In this document: piece after piece, positions 12,705 to 27,527 of the stretch
Position numbering within the stretch: the stretch's first letter is position 1
Layout: every line of letters starts with the position of its first letter
NCBI GenBank assembly: GCA_951406725.2
Contig: OX597821.1
Coordinates: forward strand, 51,708,001-51,772,000
Direction: 5' to 3'
DNA length: 64,000 nucleotides
From: Octopus vulgaris
Lineage: Eukaryota
Program-made: the position numbers and the translations under genes
Notes under the pieces: generated by a model
Databases searched by the model: none
Told to the model about the DNA's origin: nothing
The model's input: the letters and a program-made list of their open reading frames with translations, nothing else

Positions 12705-13989
12705 AATAGAATATCTCTTTAGAGTTTATGTAAATTTTGATCTCTAAAAGCAGTGCTTACTAAAACTGCATTGATCTCAGGTATACGAAATATTTATGGC
12801 AGGAGAGAGTTGGATTAGCCGGACTAGCTTCAGTCTCGAATTGATATGAGATTTCATCAACAACAGATTATCTTCCTTCACTGTGTATGGAGACATTGCT
12901 TATAAACCCAATATTACAATGGAATTTATGTAATCTGGATAGATCATTTTGCATATATAATGCATTTTGGGTAGCTAGTTCGATCAGTAAATTGTTAGCG
13001 CAGTTAAATGTTTCGCTATAATGCTATTCTCTATCACAGAATATATGCTGTTGTACAGAATATACGGAATGCTTAAACCCTTGACTTTATATACAATATA
13101 TTATTGGACAGACAAAAAGTTACTCTGTCGGTGATAAAATCTTAATACAGGATTGAAAGTAGTCTCGCTGATTTCTATTTTGTGGTTTAAGAAGATATTT
13201 TATATTCAGATTAGGTTTATTTACATCTGTTCATGTGTACAGCGTTCGGTGAAATTGATAGATATACTCTATAAGTTTATTCTTTTTCTTAATCTCCTTC
13301 CTTCATTTCTTCTTTTATTTCCTCTTCTCTCTCTTCTCGTTTTTCCATTCCCCTGCCGTTCTTTATTTGTCCATCTCTCTCTCCTCTCATCTTTGTTCAC
13401 TTGTTCTTTTCTAATCGTCTTTCTTTAACATCTTACTCTATTTTACTTTCCACTCTTTTTTTCTTCGGCCATCATTCTTTATCGATTATTCCGTCATATT
13501 CTCGTATAATTTTCTATAATTTCTCAATAGAATCGACAATGAAAGAAACCTTAATTGTTTGCATGTAAGAAACAAATTAAATATTCTATTTAATAAACAT
13601 CTGCTATCATTATTCACTCTATTACTTTATTCACTTGGTAATATCGGGCGTAGTTTTCAGTTGAAAAGCTGAACGTCAAAAGGAAAAATTGGATTAAAAG
13701 CCGTACTAATTACATTATATGCTTACCAAATATTTAACCATTAAGTTCTCTGCAATGTTCAGTTGTGTATTTCTGTTTCTTTTTTCAACAACATTCTATA
13801 GATTCACACTCCCGGTGACCCTTTTCCAATTCTATTTTCTCTTTTGTGTGTTCTCTGCAATAATTTTAATGATTTCCTTAATTATGACATGAAAATAATT
13901 TGCCCGCGATTTCTTGATTATATTTTTCAATAAATTTACACTGAAATTTATTGAATGACTTACCTCCTTTCACAATTCAGGTATGATCC

Positions 13990-15430
13990 TGTGGTTACGA
14001 AGTTCGCTTTGCAATTACAAAATTTCAAGTTCGGTATCATTAAGCAGTATTTTTGGCAAGTGTCATAGACACGAACCCACTTATGCCTTTTGAATGAAAT
14101 TTGGTTGCCGATATATCTTTGGAAGGCCGTCGGAGGGACTATCCATGTTGTTGAATGGTGTGCTAATATGAGGCACAAGGATGATTTAAGCAAATATTTG
14201 ACGTAGGCTCCCGGGTAGAGAAAAAGATTTTTCCAGAATGTCTACATCAAAGACTGGAGCATATGTTAGTAACTTAATGTCATGGACTTTACCTAGAGAG
14301 TCTTGTTTTAGATTTTGTTGACAAAGCAGTGTCCGCTATGAGTGTAATAACCCATATGAGTAACGGTCAAAGCTGTAGCAACCGAATTTGAAATCGTTCT
14401 CTGCTAGTGTTTTCCTAGTACTATTTTGTTTCGTCGAACGCCTTTACTCCACCAGTAAATCTCAGTTTCTTCTTCCGTTAATCCAATTTTTTAAAGTCCC
14501 TTGTCAGTTTCAACGTTTACTTAATGTATTCCCACATTTCGACGTTTATGTCCAGTTACTTCATCCATCTCTTGCCGATTTCTTTGAAAAGAAAGTAGGG
14601 TTACCCTTGTGATCTTTTTTATATAGCGGCCATCTTCATATACAGCAAGGCTTTCGAGATCCTGCCGTTTAGCATGCTTTACATGTGGCCGAGCCAGCGG
14701 AGACGTTACTGGAGCAGTGATTATCTGGCTATGAGATTGGATCTCATTGTTATGCCAGGCCACTTGATGTCTAGAATGCGTCACTAGTTGCCAAAATAGT
14801 AGGCACTGAGATGCCATTCTTCTCTGTAAAACAGGCTCCAGCTCACGCTGCTGGCAAAATATGCGCTAGAAACTCAGATGACGTTTGTATTAACTTGCTT
14901 TTCTCCAAGACTTTGTCAGCCTGACCGTTCAAGTGTTGAGACGGCTCTTCCAGCATACCGGTTGATCTCAAACATCAGAGAGAGAATGTCCCTAGTTCTG
15001 AAATTGTACGATCTTGTGGACTATCTGTAGTTCACAATTGTTGAAGTTAACGATACGAAACGCTCAATACCTTGACATAATACTACAGTGAAGCTACAGG
15101 TGGAACTGAAGTCTTGCGAGACACGTGCGAAGTTGTTATGTTTCCCCGATTGTGTTGCCAGTGTCATGATATCTGCAAGCAACTTTATGTAGTTTGCTTT
15201 ACACCCTCTGTCGACATATATCGTGTAGCTTCTTGTCTGTTCTTCTACGAAGATAAACGTCACCGGCTGAACTTCCGAAATCGGGCTTCAGCATCACGGT
15301 GAGAAAAATGCGGATTTGTGCAGTGTCAGTCATACAACCTTGTTTTGTATCGTTGTGAAAACTGGAGATAGGCGTGTCATGGCTGGAATGCTTTTTGTCA
15401 TAGGTTTGCCGGATCACGTTTCACCAGAGG
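13990..15430 (-). mobile_element. Decayed RTE-clade LINE fragments (probably two)
   Basis: Minus-strand KQGC..IFLTVML..DVYLRRRTDKKL and LLAD..LATQS, plus a RLRWLGHM..GRISKALLY-type segment; many frameshifts. Confidence 0.6.
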
Positions 15431-16664
15431 CTAAACAAGTCTTTAAAGTTGTAACATTAACTTGTAAATGCTATTGTTTTGTAGCTCGGTAATCAAGGTC
15501 TGCGTTAACTGTGGTCTTCTGTGTTCTCGGTCCACAGTGAATCAGAACTATGTATACTTTGTGTCTATATCATTCACATTGTTTGGTAGTTCGAGATTGC
15601 ATGCACTATACCAACCCCGATTCTTTCTAAGTTGTTTTTAGTAAATCGCCAACTTTGATAGTCTACTAGTTCTTTCATCGCTTCATATTCATTCTAGATT
15701 AACAGAAACCCATCCAAACCATGAATTTTGCGCATATATTTTCTGCTAAAATAAAATATTAATGGAACCTTTAGAAATATTGTATAAACATTGAAAATAC
15801 TTTTCAAGAGCATTGAAATTTCTAATATCAATTTTGTTTCACTATATTTTTAAAAACATTCAACATAGTGATTTCATGTTAACTTATATATTTTTTCCGT
15901 TACGCTTTCGGCAAATATAAACTCTCAAGATTTTGAATGTCACAAAGATATACTTTATATGTTTGTCAATTAATCAATTCCATAAATAATGTCAATAGAA
16001 CATTCTCCAGGGAGAACTTCGTAACATTTAATGGCTGTGGGTCGTTTTACTATCTTTAATAACATTAGCACTACCTCAGATACACAATATCATGCGTTAA
16101 TTAAAAATATTTTATAAAACTTTATAGGGTCTTTGATATAGAATAATATAACAATACATAGTGCCAATTTTTCTTCATTTTTACTAACTGAGGAAGATTC
16201 AAAATGTTTGTGTGTAGCAGCATTAAATTTCTTTTCCTTCTGTATGTTTTTTTTTTTTAACTTCACTGTTACAGTACCAGCCTTTGGTCATAAATCCTGA
16301 AATATTCGCGAATATAAACAAGGAGGTATATAATCCAAACTGAAATGCAAAGAAGACATACAGTGAGCTTCTAAAAAACACACGCACACAAGTACACACA
16401 CACACTCACAAACATACTGACATACATTCACAAAAACGTACATAAACATATGACTTTGAGTGGTGAAGCGACAAGCGAACGTGTTGAAAAGATACCATAG
16501 ATATTAGAGGTGCGTTTAGGTTCAAATATATAAGTTTCCATGAGAAATAAATACGAACAATAACTTCTATTTCGGCGGAAAATAAAACTTTGGTTTACTC
16601 TATTTGATTAGTTTATTTACTACATGCATATAATACTTACATACGTATATACATACATACATGC

Positions 16665-16734
<70 letters not shown>

Positions 16735-16940
16735 CTATCTATTTAGTTGTCTATCAATCTATCTATCTATCTAGTAACATAGGCGCTTTTATGCGCCTAT
16801 TCAAAAACGCTTCCCGCAAAGGAATTTACATTATATATACATATTTATATATATATATCTTTTGTGTGTATGTATATATGTGTGTGTGTGTCCTTGTACA
16901 CACAAATATGATATACTCATACAAGAATCTCTCTACGTGC

Positions 16941-17125
16941 AGAGGTGCATGGCTTAGTGGTTAGGGTGTTACACTGATGATCGTAAGATTGTAGTTTCTA
17001 TTCTTGGACAAGATGATGGGCAATGCTCTTAAGCAAAGTATTTAACTTCACGTTGCTCCAATCCACTTAGTTGGCAAGAATGAGTAATCCTGCGACGGAT
17101 CGGTGTGCCATCAAGGAAGGAATAT
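16941..17125 (+). mobile_element. SINE family C, diverged
   Basis: gaggtgcatggcttagtggttagggtgtt..ttcacgttgctccaatccact. Confidence 0.78.
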
Positions 17126-17194
17126 ATTAGTCACAAAATACAGAACACCAGCAATGTGAACCTACGCCTCAGAAAGGAACTTTGATCCTTTGTT

Positions 17195-17340
<146 letters not shown>

Positions 17341-17501
17341 ATAAAATCGTTAATTTAACTATCGATCTTATCAAGTGGCCAGCATGGGAATAAAAAACCT
17401 TCAAAGGTAATAATTATTATTAAAATTATACTTTAAGGTATTAGAGTCAAGTTTTGGCAACTATTTCCAGCGTGGAGGTATCTCTTCGATACCCTATATA
17501 C

Positions 17502-17547
<46 letters not shown>

Positions 17548-17632
17548 TTGGTAAGCAAGCGACTTACCACACTGCCACTCCTGCGCCTATATATACATAC
17601 ATACATACATACATACATACATACATAAATAC

Positions 17633-17692
<60 letters not shown>

Positions 17693-18829
17693 CTTCTTTT
17701 TTTGCCATATATGAGTTGCAAATATTGTTGTCTGTGGAGACATATTTTTGTAGTAAAAGGAAATAGCAGTCCTCTGGCTGCTATTTCTAAAATTGTCGGT
17801 ATGTGGTCGAGCAACTTGTTGCAAAGACCCTTATTATTATAAATATATATATATATATATAAATGTAGGACGGGTTTCTTCAAGTTCTGTCTACCAAAGC
17901 CACTCACAAGGCTTTGGTCAGCCCCAGGCTATAGTAGGAAAAACACTTACTCAAGCTTCCACACAATGGAATTGAATCCAGAACTCTGCTGTTGAAGAGC
18001 ATGCTTCGTACCACACGCCTACTTCTGTGCCATCCTAGAGATTTGTTCCAGATAATTTGCGCATCGTAAATGTATAAATACGAGGCAGAAAAAGGCAGTG
18101 ATACGTGAAACTGATAAAATAGAAGTGTCTGACAGTAGAAAATAAATAACCATCTGAGTGCCATGTTGTGGGAGGTTTTAACAGACCACAAAAATGAGGT
18201 ATATTTGAGAACAAATAAAGTAATAGCGATGACAAAACATACAAATTTGAACTTCAAATCACTATGGTTACTAATAATAAATCTATTTGATTTCTTGTCT
18301 TTTTTTAACACGAAACAAAGTGAGGACATTTGTAAAATTTATATAAATTGTTTGCTATGGTAAGATATACAGAAAGCTTAAAAGACATCTCTGCGTGACT
18401 TAAGTTTGTTTCTCAGAATTACCGCTTGTTGACGCTGACTCGCCAATGCAAACAGTTCTCCGTCTCTATCTCTCTTTCTTTTCTCTGTTTCTTCTGCACA
18501 CGCGCACACGCACGCGCGCGCGCACACATCCACGCACACACTCACACATACACACATCTGTATGTGTGATCATGTGATCGATGGTTTGTAGTGTACACAT
18601 AAAGTGCTGTAGGGTTTACTTGTAACATAGATGAAAATAATGTATAAAGAAGATATGATGTTACAAGTTCCTTTTAATGGCTTCATTTAAATAAAGAGGA
18701 TGGCGGAAACGTGATGGGAGCTTTGGTGCTTTCGTCATGAGAAATTATTCATTGTTAATAAAGTAACTCACTTTGATATATTTGCTACTAAATACCAGGC
18801 TTGTTTCCATTTATAGAGACAAACTGAAT

Positions 18830-18894
<65 letters not shown>

Positions 18895-18896
<2 letters not shown>

Positions 18897-19233
18897 AGCA
18901 AATGTCTTACCAATCGGTGGTAACAAGCCCGGGTTCAGTTCCACTGCGTGGCACGTTGAGTATATGTCTTCTACTATAACCACAGGTCGATCAAAGCATT
19001 ATGGATGGATTTCGTAGACGGAAACTGAAAGAATCCCATCGTATATATTAGTGTGTGTGTGTGAGTGTGTAACTGTATCTGTGTTTATCTTCCATCACTG
19101 CACGACAACCAGTGTTGGCTTGCTTACGTCCTGAACGCAGTAGTTCGACCGACAGAATTCGTTCGAATAAAACTTTTCAAGGCGGTGCCCCAGCATGGCT
19201 GCATTCTAATAACGGGAACAAGTAAAAGATTAA
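18895..19233 (+). mobile_element. SINE family A, diverged
   Basis: gggttcagttccactgcgtggcac..gtagacggaaactgaaag..aacaagtaaaag. Further partial heads at about 17868-18031 (-) and 36248-36400 (+). Confidence 0.75.
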
Positions 19234-19959
19234 AGATGTGGACTGATATCCCTGTTATCACATCCCTGCGTGCGTGCGTGTGTGTGTGCATGCATGCGTG
19301 TGTGTGTATGTATGAGTAGGTGGGGAAGGGAGTCTGTGCGGTGATTCAGTATAACCGCAGTCAAATGACTGAAGCTAGTACAAGAATAAAGGAATATCTT
19401 CTTCAAAATAGATCGTTCTTAAATGCGAAAATGACATTGAACAGTCGTAGACATTCCTCTAAAAAGACGAATAGTCATGATTGAAACGCCTTTTATAGTA
19501 AACCTGTCAGCATTGACCTGGGGCTAAACCTCACTACTGAGAACAATAGCAAACAATGAGTCACTCTCTAAAAATTTTAATGATAAACTCCTAAAGTTCA
19601 ACAATTTTCGAACCATGTATATTGTTAGATTATCTTTCTTCTTTATCTAAAAATATTTCACCCAACAAAAGAACGAAATCTGTGAATGGCTCTTCCACGT
19701 TTTCTCAACGATTCTCAGTTTTTGTCTATATATTAGTATTATTCCGTTTCTTAAAGTCTTACAGTTGAAAGTGAATGTCAATGGGTTATCCATAGTTCAG
19801 CATTCAACTAAGAACAATACTACAACGATATCAATAATTGCGTTCCACTTTCATAGACACAATATCATCGCATTTGTCTTTGTTTTTCTGAAGTTATACA
19901 TCGTCGTCTTCATCATCATCGTCATCATCATCATCATCATCATCACCAGCATCATTTAT

Positions 19960-20860
19960 TGTTGTTGTTCAACATTTGGTGGTTTCAGGCAAATCTTTAC
20001 TGTATCACCTGCTACAGCTCCGTGTTTCTGGGGAAGGATGCAACATTTTGTATTCTTTTCTGTTGTTGGAAGTGTTCAATCTCCTCCCGGTATTGTAGTG
20101 CGTCAGTTTTTTCTCTTTTGAGCTGTGTTGCAGTTTTCTGTTGTATTACTGTTTGTATTGTGTGTTGACTTGCGTGATGCGTTGGTTAATGAGATTGCTG
20201 GTGGAAGGTTATTTCATTGGTTAATTGCCGTATACAAGGTTCTTGTGTTTGTGGATTGCTTTGTTTAGGTTGTGTTATTAAATTGATAGTGACTTGTATA
20301 GGATGTGGGATGCTTCTAGCAGGGCTATTTTTGGATAGTGTGTAGTGTTGAGGGTCCAATTATAGCTTCTATGTTTTTGTTCATATATTTTTTTTTATCA
20401 TGCCCATTACTCCAATCGTTATTGATATTGTTTTCACCTTCATGCCCCACATCTTGGATACTTCAACTCCGAGGTCTTTGTACTTTGACAATTTCTCCAA
20501 TTCTTTTTTGGACAATATTTTTATCAGAAGGGACGGTAATGTCTGCAGGTGTCTTTTCCAATCCTTGATTATTATGTATTGGCAATTAGCTTTTATTATT
20601 TTGTCGTTATGAACCGGCATATCCCAGATGATTGTGACCTAGTAATTTTCTTGTACGTTGCTTTGCTCATGTTTATACCATCTAATGTCAGCTTTAATGT
20701 TGTTGCGTCGGCATATTGTCCCGTGGCTATAACTATTTACTCGGTCGTGTCTGCATGTATATTCAGTTTTAGTAAGGACTGGACAGCCAGAGATGATGTG
20801 GTCATCTGTCTTGTGGTGCTGGCAGTACATTCTGAATTTAGGGCCTATTTTCATTATTTT
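19960..20860 (-). mobile_element. Decayed R4/Dong 3' fragment
   Basis: Minus ORFs 20639-20854 (DHIISGCPVL..EY..RHDRV) and 20381-20620 (KELEKLSKYKDL..KMWGMK..IGVMGMIKK); adjacent (TTA)n. Left boundary approximate. Confidence 0.75.
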
Positions 20861-20890
20861 ACTTACATTTATTTATTTATTTATTTATTC

Positions 20891-20947
<57 letters not shown>

Positions 20948-20948
<1 letters not shown>

Positions 20949-21500
20949 GGCGGCGAGCTGGCACAATCGTTAGTACGCCGGGCGAAATGATTAGTGGCAA
21001 ATCGTTTGTTTTTACGTCCTGAGTTCTAATTTCGCAAAGGTCGACTTTACCTTTCCCCCTCCTAAGATCGATAAAATAAGTACCAGCTGAGCTATGGGGT
21101 CGATGTAATCGACTAGTCTCCTACCCCAAAATTTCAGGTCTGAAAAATGCCTTGCAGTACTTCTTTCGGGATTTTGTATTCTGAGTTCAAATCCAGCTGA
21201 AGTCAGCTTTCCGTTTCATCCTTTCGGATACGATAAAATAAAGTGTCAATCCAGTGCTGGGTGGATGGCACCTATCAACCTACCCAACACCCCTTAAAAT
21301 TACTAAAGTTGTGCCTAAATCAGGAAACATTAATAGGCAGAACCGTTAGTGTTGAAAAAATGCTTTGCGGTATATGCTCCACCTCTTTACCTTTAAATCC
21401 CGTTGAGGTCGACTTTGACTTTCTTCCCTTTGTGCTCGATAAAATAAAGTACCTGGTAATTATCGGGGTCGATGTTGTCTACTGCTTTCCGCCCCTCTCT
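20948..21500 (+). mobile_element. Three tandem SINE B copies of increasing divergence
   Basis: Repeated gtcgacttt..gataaaataa(a)gt..ggtcgatg blocks at about 20948, 21146 and 21336. Confidence 0.78.
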
Positions 21501-21570
21501 CCATCATCATCATTATCATCATCATTATTAATATCTGTCCTTGTACCTAAATCAAAAGTCGTCATCGTCG

Positions 21571-21645
<75 letters not shown>

Positions 21646-21664
21646 CCACCATCATTATTATTTT

Positions 21665-22120
21665 TACCACATGCTGGAGATCTTGGAGTCTTGCATGAGC
21701 AGAGGGCTTACTATCTACAGCCTACAGAACCATGCTATTCGTTCTTTTCAGCTATCTAATACTTTCTTCATTAAACTCACGAGTTCGATACGCACGGAGT
21801 CTTCCACGTTTACCAATCCCCTTCCTCCATTTGCTCTCTTCATGTATAGGTGATCAGTGTCTTCACGTCGATGATGGGCTCCATGCATCGTTAGGAGCTT
21901 TCTTGTCTTCCTGTCCATCTCCTATAATTTCTTCTTCTGTCCGCTTAAGGTTTCCAGCACCATACCAAACAACTGCGACTGCACACGAGTTTATTGCCGA
22001 AATTATGTTTCTCACTTGTCGCAGGTACTCTCTTTTGTCATTTCCTTCATGTCGTGGAGTTTGATTCTATCTACCTCAAGTATCCCCAGATATTTATAAC
22101 TGGACTGAGATTGAATTGCC
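21665..22120 (-). mobile_element. Decayed R4/Dong internal fragment
   Basis: Minus-strand YKYLGILEVD and HLYMKRANGGRGLVNVED motifs. Confidence 0.7.
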
Positions 22121-22146
22121 TTCATCATCATCATCATCATCATCAG

Positions 22147-22194
<48 letters not shown>

Positions 22195-22195
<1 letters not shown>

Positions 22196-24167
22196 TATGT
22201 TTGACTTTTGCTTTATATTTGTACAAGTTGGCTCCAAGTCTCACCCAGAGACCTCAAGAGACAACAGGGTTGGAAGTTCATGTTGTTGTTATGCCTAGTG
22301 TGCCATATATTGGGGGGGGGATGTTGTACTAATGAATGTCTAAAAAAAAAAAAAAAGGGTTTTTTTTTTTTTTTAACCGAAAATTATGTTTGTTTTAAAC
22401 CTTGAGATTACATAGAGAGTATTTTGCGTAGGATATGAGCAGTTCCCATGAGCACTATCTTTGAAACTTCTGCCATTTTTGGGTTTCCTGGTATCTGAGT
22501 TAGGTAGCTATCAGCCCCTTTTGCTATCATTCCCAGGGCACCTATGACAACAGGTATTGTTTTAGTCTTCAGCTTCCACATTTTGCTGATTTCTATTTCA
22601 AGATCTTTATATTTGCTCAGTTTTTGGTAGGTCTTGACAGATACGTTTATATCGATTGGGACAGTCATATCAATGAGGAGGCATGTTCTTTGTTTGAAGT
22701 TTTTCAATATGATGTCTGGCCTATTTGCATCTATCTTCCTGTCAGTTTGAATGGTGAAGTTCCAGAGGAGTGAGATGTGGTCATTTTCAAGCACTGGGGG
22801 TGGTTTGTGTTCCCACCAGTTTTTTTCATGGGGCAAATCCAGGTTTTTACAGATTACCCAGTGAATATATTATGCAGCTCTATCGTGCCTGTTGAGATAC
22901 TCTGTAGGCGCTAGAAAACTGCACTTGGAGACCACATGGTCAATGGTTTCATTTTGTTGCTTGCATACACGACACGTTGGACTGCTTCTGATCTTTAATA
23001 TGTTGGCCTGGTAGTTTCTTGTTGGTAGGCATTGATCTTGAGCTGCTATATAAACCCCTCTGTTTCAGATTTTAAGCCAGAGGCCATTAGCCATTGATGG
23101 GTCAGGGCTTTGTCGATATCTGCATTATTCGCTCTCTTTGGGTATTTGCCATAGAGAGGTTTTTCTTGCCATTTATTATTCAGAATATCCAAGGCCGCAG
23201 TTTTGGCACGGGTTTTCATGCGCCTAGCTTTTTCTGTGCTTGTTTCTTGTATATCTATCTCTAATTCCGAAATTGGTTGTATTCGGAATTCACTTAGATA
23301 TTCCTTTGCCTGTTTTGTGACTGAGTATGATGCTTTCTTGTTTTCATGTTTTGAGACAAGTTTTAGCATCCAGTCCTCAGAGTTTTTCAGGTAGGTGTCT
23401 AGGCCAATTGTTGCAATCTTCATTGTTATTGCCAGTTGCAAAAGACCACGGCCTCCTCTTTTCTTGGCAGATAGAGTCGTTCTGTATCTGCCTTAGGGTG
23501 GTGCATTCTATGCATTGTCAACAGTTTCCTTATTTTTCTGTCGAGCTGACATATTTCAGTAATTGACCAGTTAACAATATTGAAACTGTAAGTCACGACT
23601 GGTATAGCTAATGCATTGATTGCTTCGATCCTGTTTCTTGCATTCAGCTCTGTCTTGAGTATTGCTCTCACTCTTCGATAGCATTCTCTCCTGATCCTTT
23701 CCTTCATCTCTGAATGCCTTATTCCGTTCCCTTCAATTACCCCTAGGTACTTGTAGCTCTCCGCTGGGTCTAGTTCTTTTATGACATTCTGTTGGTCAAG
23801 GTTAACGTTAGATGTTTCTGTCATTTTTCCTTTGATAAAGGTAGCCTTTGCACATTTATCGAGGCCGAATTGCATTCTGATGTCGTCACTGAATTGTTTG
23901 ACTATCGCTAGTAAGCCCTTGAGTTGTTGATCATTTTTTGCAAAAAGCTTTAAATCATCCATGTAAACGAGATGATTTATATTTTTATCAAACATTTTAT
24001 ACCCGTACTGCGCGTCATTGAGCAGCTTTGAGAGAGGTATTAAGGATAAACAAAAGAGGAGTGGTGACAGTGAGTCACCCTGTAAAATGCCACACGAAAT
24101 TTTTACATCACCAGCATTTAGGGATTCACTGTCACTGTTCAGAGTTAGTGTGGTTCTCCATGATCTC
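22195..24167 (-). mobile_element. About 2-kb 5'-truncated R4/Dong retrotransposon with RT core, CCHC and RLE (frameshifted)
   Basis: GILQGDSLSPLLFCL, HLVYMDDLKLF, FGLDKC, YKYLG (ORF 23426-24490); KPLYGKY..LKSETEGFI (23046-23441); NRPDII..IDMTVP..KLSKYKDL..GTAHILRKILSM (22408-22836). (TTA)n on both sides. Confidence 0.93.
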
Positions 24168-24219
<52 letters not shown>

Positions 24220-24224
24220 CATCA

Positions 24225-24276
<52 letters not shown>

Positions 24277-24323
24277 CATCATCATCATCATCATCATTAT
24301 TATTATTATTATTATTATTATCA

Positions 24324-24360
<37 letters not shown>

Positions 24361-24376
24361 CATCATTATTATTATT

Positions 24377-24452
<76 letters not shown>
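24168..24452. repeat. Compound (TTA)n/(TCA)n microsatellite
   Basis: Direct reading. Confidence 0.95.
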
Positions 24453-24453
<1 letters not shown>

Positions 24454-24668
24454 GATGATGAGCTGGCAGAATCGCTGGCACGTCGGGCAAAATGTTTAGC
24501 AGACTTTCATCCGTCCTTATGCTCTGGGTTCAAATTCCGCCGAGGTCGACTTTGCCTTTTATACTTTCGGGGTCGATATAATAAATAAAATTTGAACACT
24601 GGGGGTCATTGTAATCGACCAGTCCCCTCCGCTGAACTTGACTGGCTTTGAGCCAGAATTTGAAACCT
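24454..24668 (+). mobile_element. SINE family B
   Basis: gagctggcagaatcg..gggttcaaattccgccgaggtcgactttgcc. Confidence 0.82.
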
Positions 24669-25700
24669 TTATTATTGTCGTTGTTGTTGTTGTTACTTGT
24701 AGTGGTAGTAGAAATTGTAGTGATATTGATAGTGACAGTGAACAGAAGAATCAACGAAAAGTCGGTTGTTTTATAGATACTTGCACAAATGCCTTCAAGT
24801 ATTATTTAATGTGAGTCCAGAGCAACGACGTTGGCATTGAATACAATGTTGAGTGATGAGAAAAAATAACTTTATAACTTTTGAATAGTTTGGAGTTATT
24901 GAATTGATTAGAGAGAATGAGAGAGGGGAATACTAATTTTATTACGTGTTTGATCTGGAAATATCAATAAAATCAATAATTTGGAAGTTCTTGTAAAATT
25001 TGTTTAAAATGTCTGGGAGCAGCGCTGAAATTCAGCGTTCATTGTCAATGTAGATGCAGCGTTCATTGTCAATGTAGATTCAAGTTTAAGCTGAGTTTAA
25101 GCTACTTTAAATGAAACATGATTGCTATTGATAAACCTTTCTACTTTAATATGAAGATTAATAGTATGGAAGAATAGATAAAACCAGGGACATAAAGATG
25201 TGCGTCAGAATATATATGCAGATGCACAGCAATTTGGTTCGCTTCAAAATAGCGTAGGTCCGTGTTGTAATGCAATGCGAAATATCTTGAGATTGTATCT
25301 TCTACGATACCTTCAAGCTGACAAATACCTTACATGTGGGATTCGATTGACGGGTACTGTCTAGATGCACACCGTATATACATGCGCACGTGTGTGTGTG
25401 TGTGCGTGCATGAGGATATACATATGCATTTTATGCTGGTACATATTGACAAAGAATGTAAACATCGGTTAGAGAAACAAAACTAGTGCATCTTGAACGA
25501 GATACACATTCGCTTGTCATTCTTAGTGATTGGTCAGTTAGAAAAACTGTTAACAACAACACTAATGTGCGTCGTTTCCAGTATAAAAAAAAAGAATAAG
25601 AGATTTACAATACTAAGTCTAAATGCATCTCCGGTTATTTCGTAGACTACAGTGAAAATAAACAACGAAAGAACGGTGACGTTGTCGCGCGGCAACACAC

Positions 25701-26150
25701 ACGACCCGACCGACTTGGTCCTTGGAACCAATCCTTTTTCTGAAAGTACGGATCCATTTTGCCGACTTCCCTTATCTACAGTGACGCTATCAACGAGAAG
25801 TAGTGTTTCTGGGAGACCTGTTGCAAATGGTCGATACAGACTGACGCGAGAGCTGCGAATCGTCACGGACTTGGATTTTCCAGGACCGCCGAGAGCGCAC
25901 CGGACGCTACCCGGGACGCAGCGCTCTACAGGAACTATATTCGTATCTCCAGACGAGCCGATTCCACGGACGCAATCATTTACGAAGAAGAGAGAATTCT
26001 CCGGGGGACTTGCGGCAACGTCTCCGAGCCCGAGCTTGGGAATATTAACTTAATTCTCTTTCAATACGAGGCCGGCTGCATTCGCGTTCCTTCGTTCTCA
26101 TGATGACGGATCTGGCGCCTTTCGTGGAAGCGTTCTCCCGCCTCTTGGGA
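25701..26150 (-). pseudogene. Degenerate internal 28S (LSU) rRNA fragment
   Basis: + strand resembles the reverse complement of conserved LSU blocks: accaatcctttt..acggatccattttgccgacttccctta, ggagacctg, gattttccagg..gagagcgcaccggac, agagaattctcc, gggaatattaac. Many substitutions; isolated GC-rich island. Confidence 0.85.
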
Positions 26151-26702
26151 AAACGAACAATGGCTGAGTTATCTCATTATGCCGGTTAGTTTAGAACTTA
26201 TAGAACTAAATTTTGCATCAACACCACAAGATGAAATTACCAATCCGTAGACAGCCACTGAGAAAGCAATTCGCATATTTCGAACATATACTAAGGAATA
26301 TAATTGACAGAATATTCCAGCCAACTCACAGTGGGATGTATTTACTGACAAATATTTTAGAGCATAAATGGTATATTTTGTAAAGCGTTTTTTTTTTTTG
26401 TGTAGTTTATATCGATATTAACATGAAAATACTGCTTACATAGATGAAGAAACTTATTTATCAATGCATCTATTTTTATGTGATAAAAATGTATATATGT
26501 ACTTACATTTGTAAATGTACACGTATATATTCCTGAGCTATGCAGTTAATAGATGTATGTATGCATGTATGTAGTAATGAGCATACTTATACGCGTGGTG
26601 ATATATATCTATGTATATGTATGTGTCTGTGAAGGTGTGAGTGAATATGTGTGTGTGTGCGTGTGCTTGTACATATATGTATATCTACCCAACCCCAACC
26701 CC

Positions 26703-26751
<49 letters not shown>

Positions 26752-27173
26752 AAGTTAAAAGCTTTCTTGTTTTCCCTTCGTGATTCTGACAATCAGTTTT
26801 GAAAAGAGTTCATGTGAATCACTACACACAATGCAACACCACTTTGTAAGGTTTGTTCACTAATAGAAATGGGAAAACAGTTTTCGAATTTTATTTTTCT
26901 ACTAAATCTGAGGATTTGAGAACTAGCATGGAAAACAGCCTTTAAAAAAGTAATATTCCAAACAGCTGTACGACATCTGTCTGTCTATATATCTATCTAT
27001 CTATATATCTATCGATCTATCTATCTATCGATCTTTGATTCTTTCTTTTTTTCTTTCTTTCTTTCTACGTGTTTAATTACATATATAGATCTCCTTACGC
27101 ATAAACATATATATACATATTTAGATACATATATGGATATATGCAAAAAAAACATATACACACTCACGCAAAT

Positions 27174-27176
<3 letters not shown>

Positions 27177-27259
<83 letters not shown>

Positions 27260-27361
27260 ATGTATATATATATAGAGAGAGAGACGGGGGAGAGAGAGAG
27301 AAAGAAAGTGAGAGAGAGAGATGATAGATAGATAGACAGACAGACAGACAGGCAGATAGAC

Positions 27362-27444
<83 letters not shown>

Positions 27445-27527
27445 CAGAGATAGAGATATACAGATACACACATACATATATACACAAACTCACACACACA
27501 CAAGCAAATATATATATATATATATAA
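27177..27527. repeat. Compound (TA)n/(TG)n/(GA)n/(GATA)n microsatellite cluster
   Basis: Direct reading. Confidence 0.92.

Noticed and set aside
23426-24490. 354-aa ORF with poly-N/poly-D N-terminus fused to an RT domain
   Set aside because: The N-terminus is an antisense SINE start plus a stop-free microsatellite frame abutting a truncated Dong; a chance read-through with frameshifts downstream.
25033-25079. 24-bp tandem duplication
   Set aside because: Real, but an ordinary slippage event with no further structure.
25652-26053. 133-aa ORF in a GC-rich island
   Set aside because: Antisense translation of the 28S rRNA fragment.
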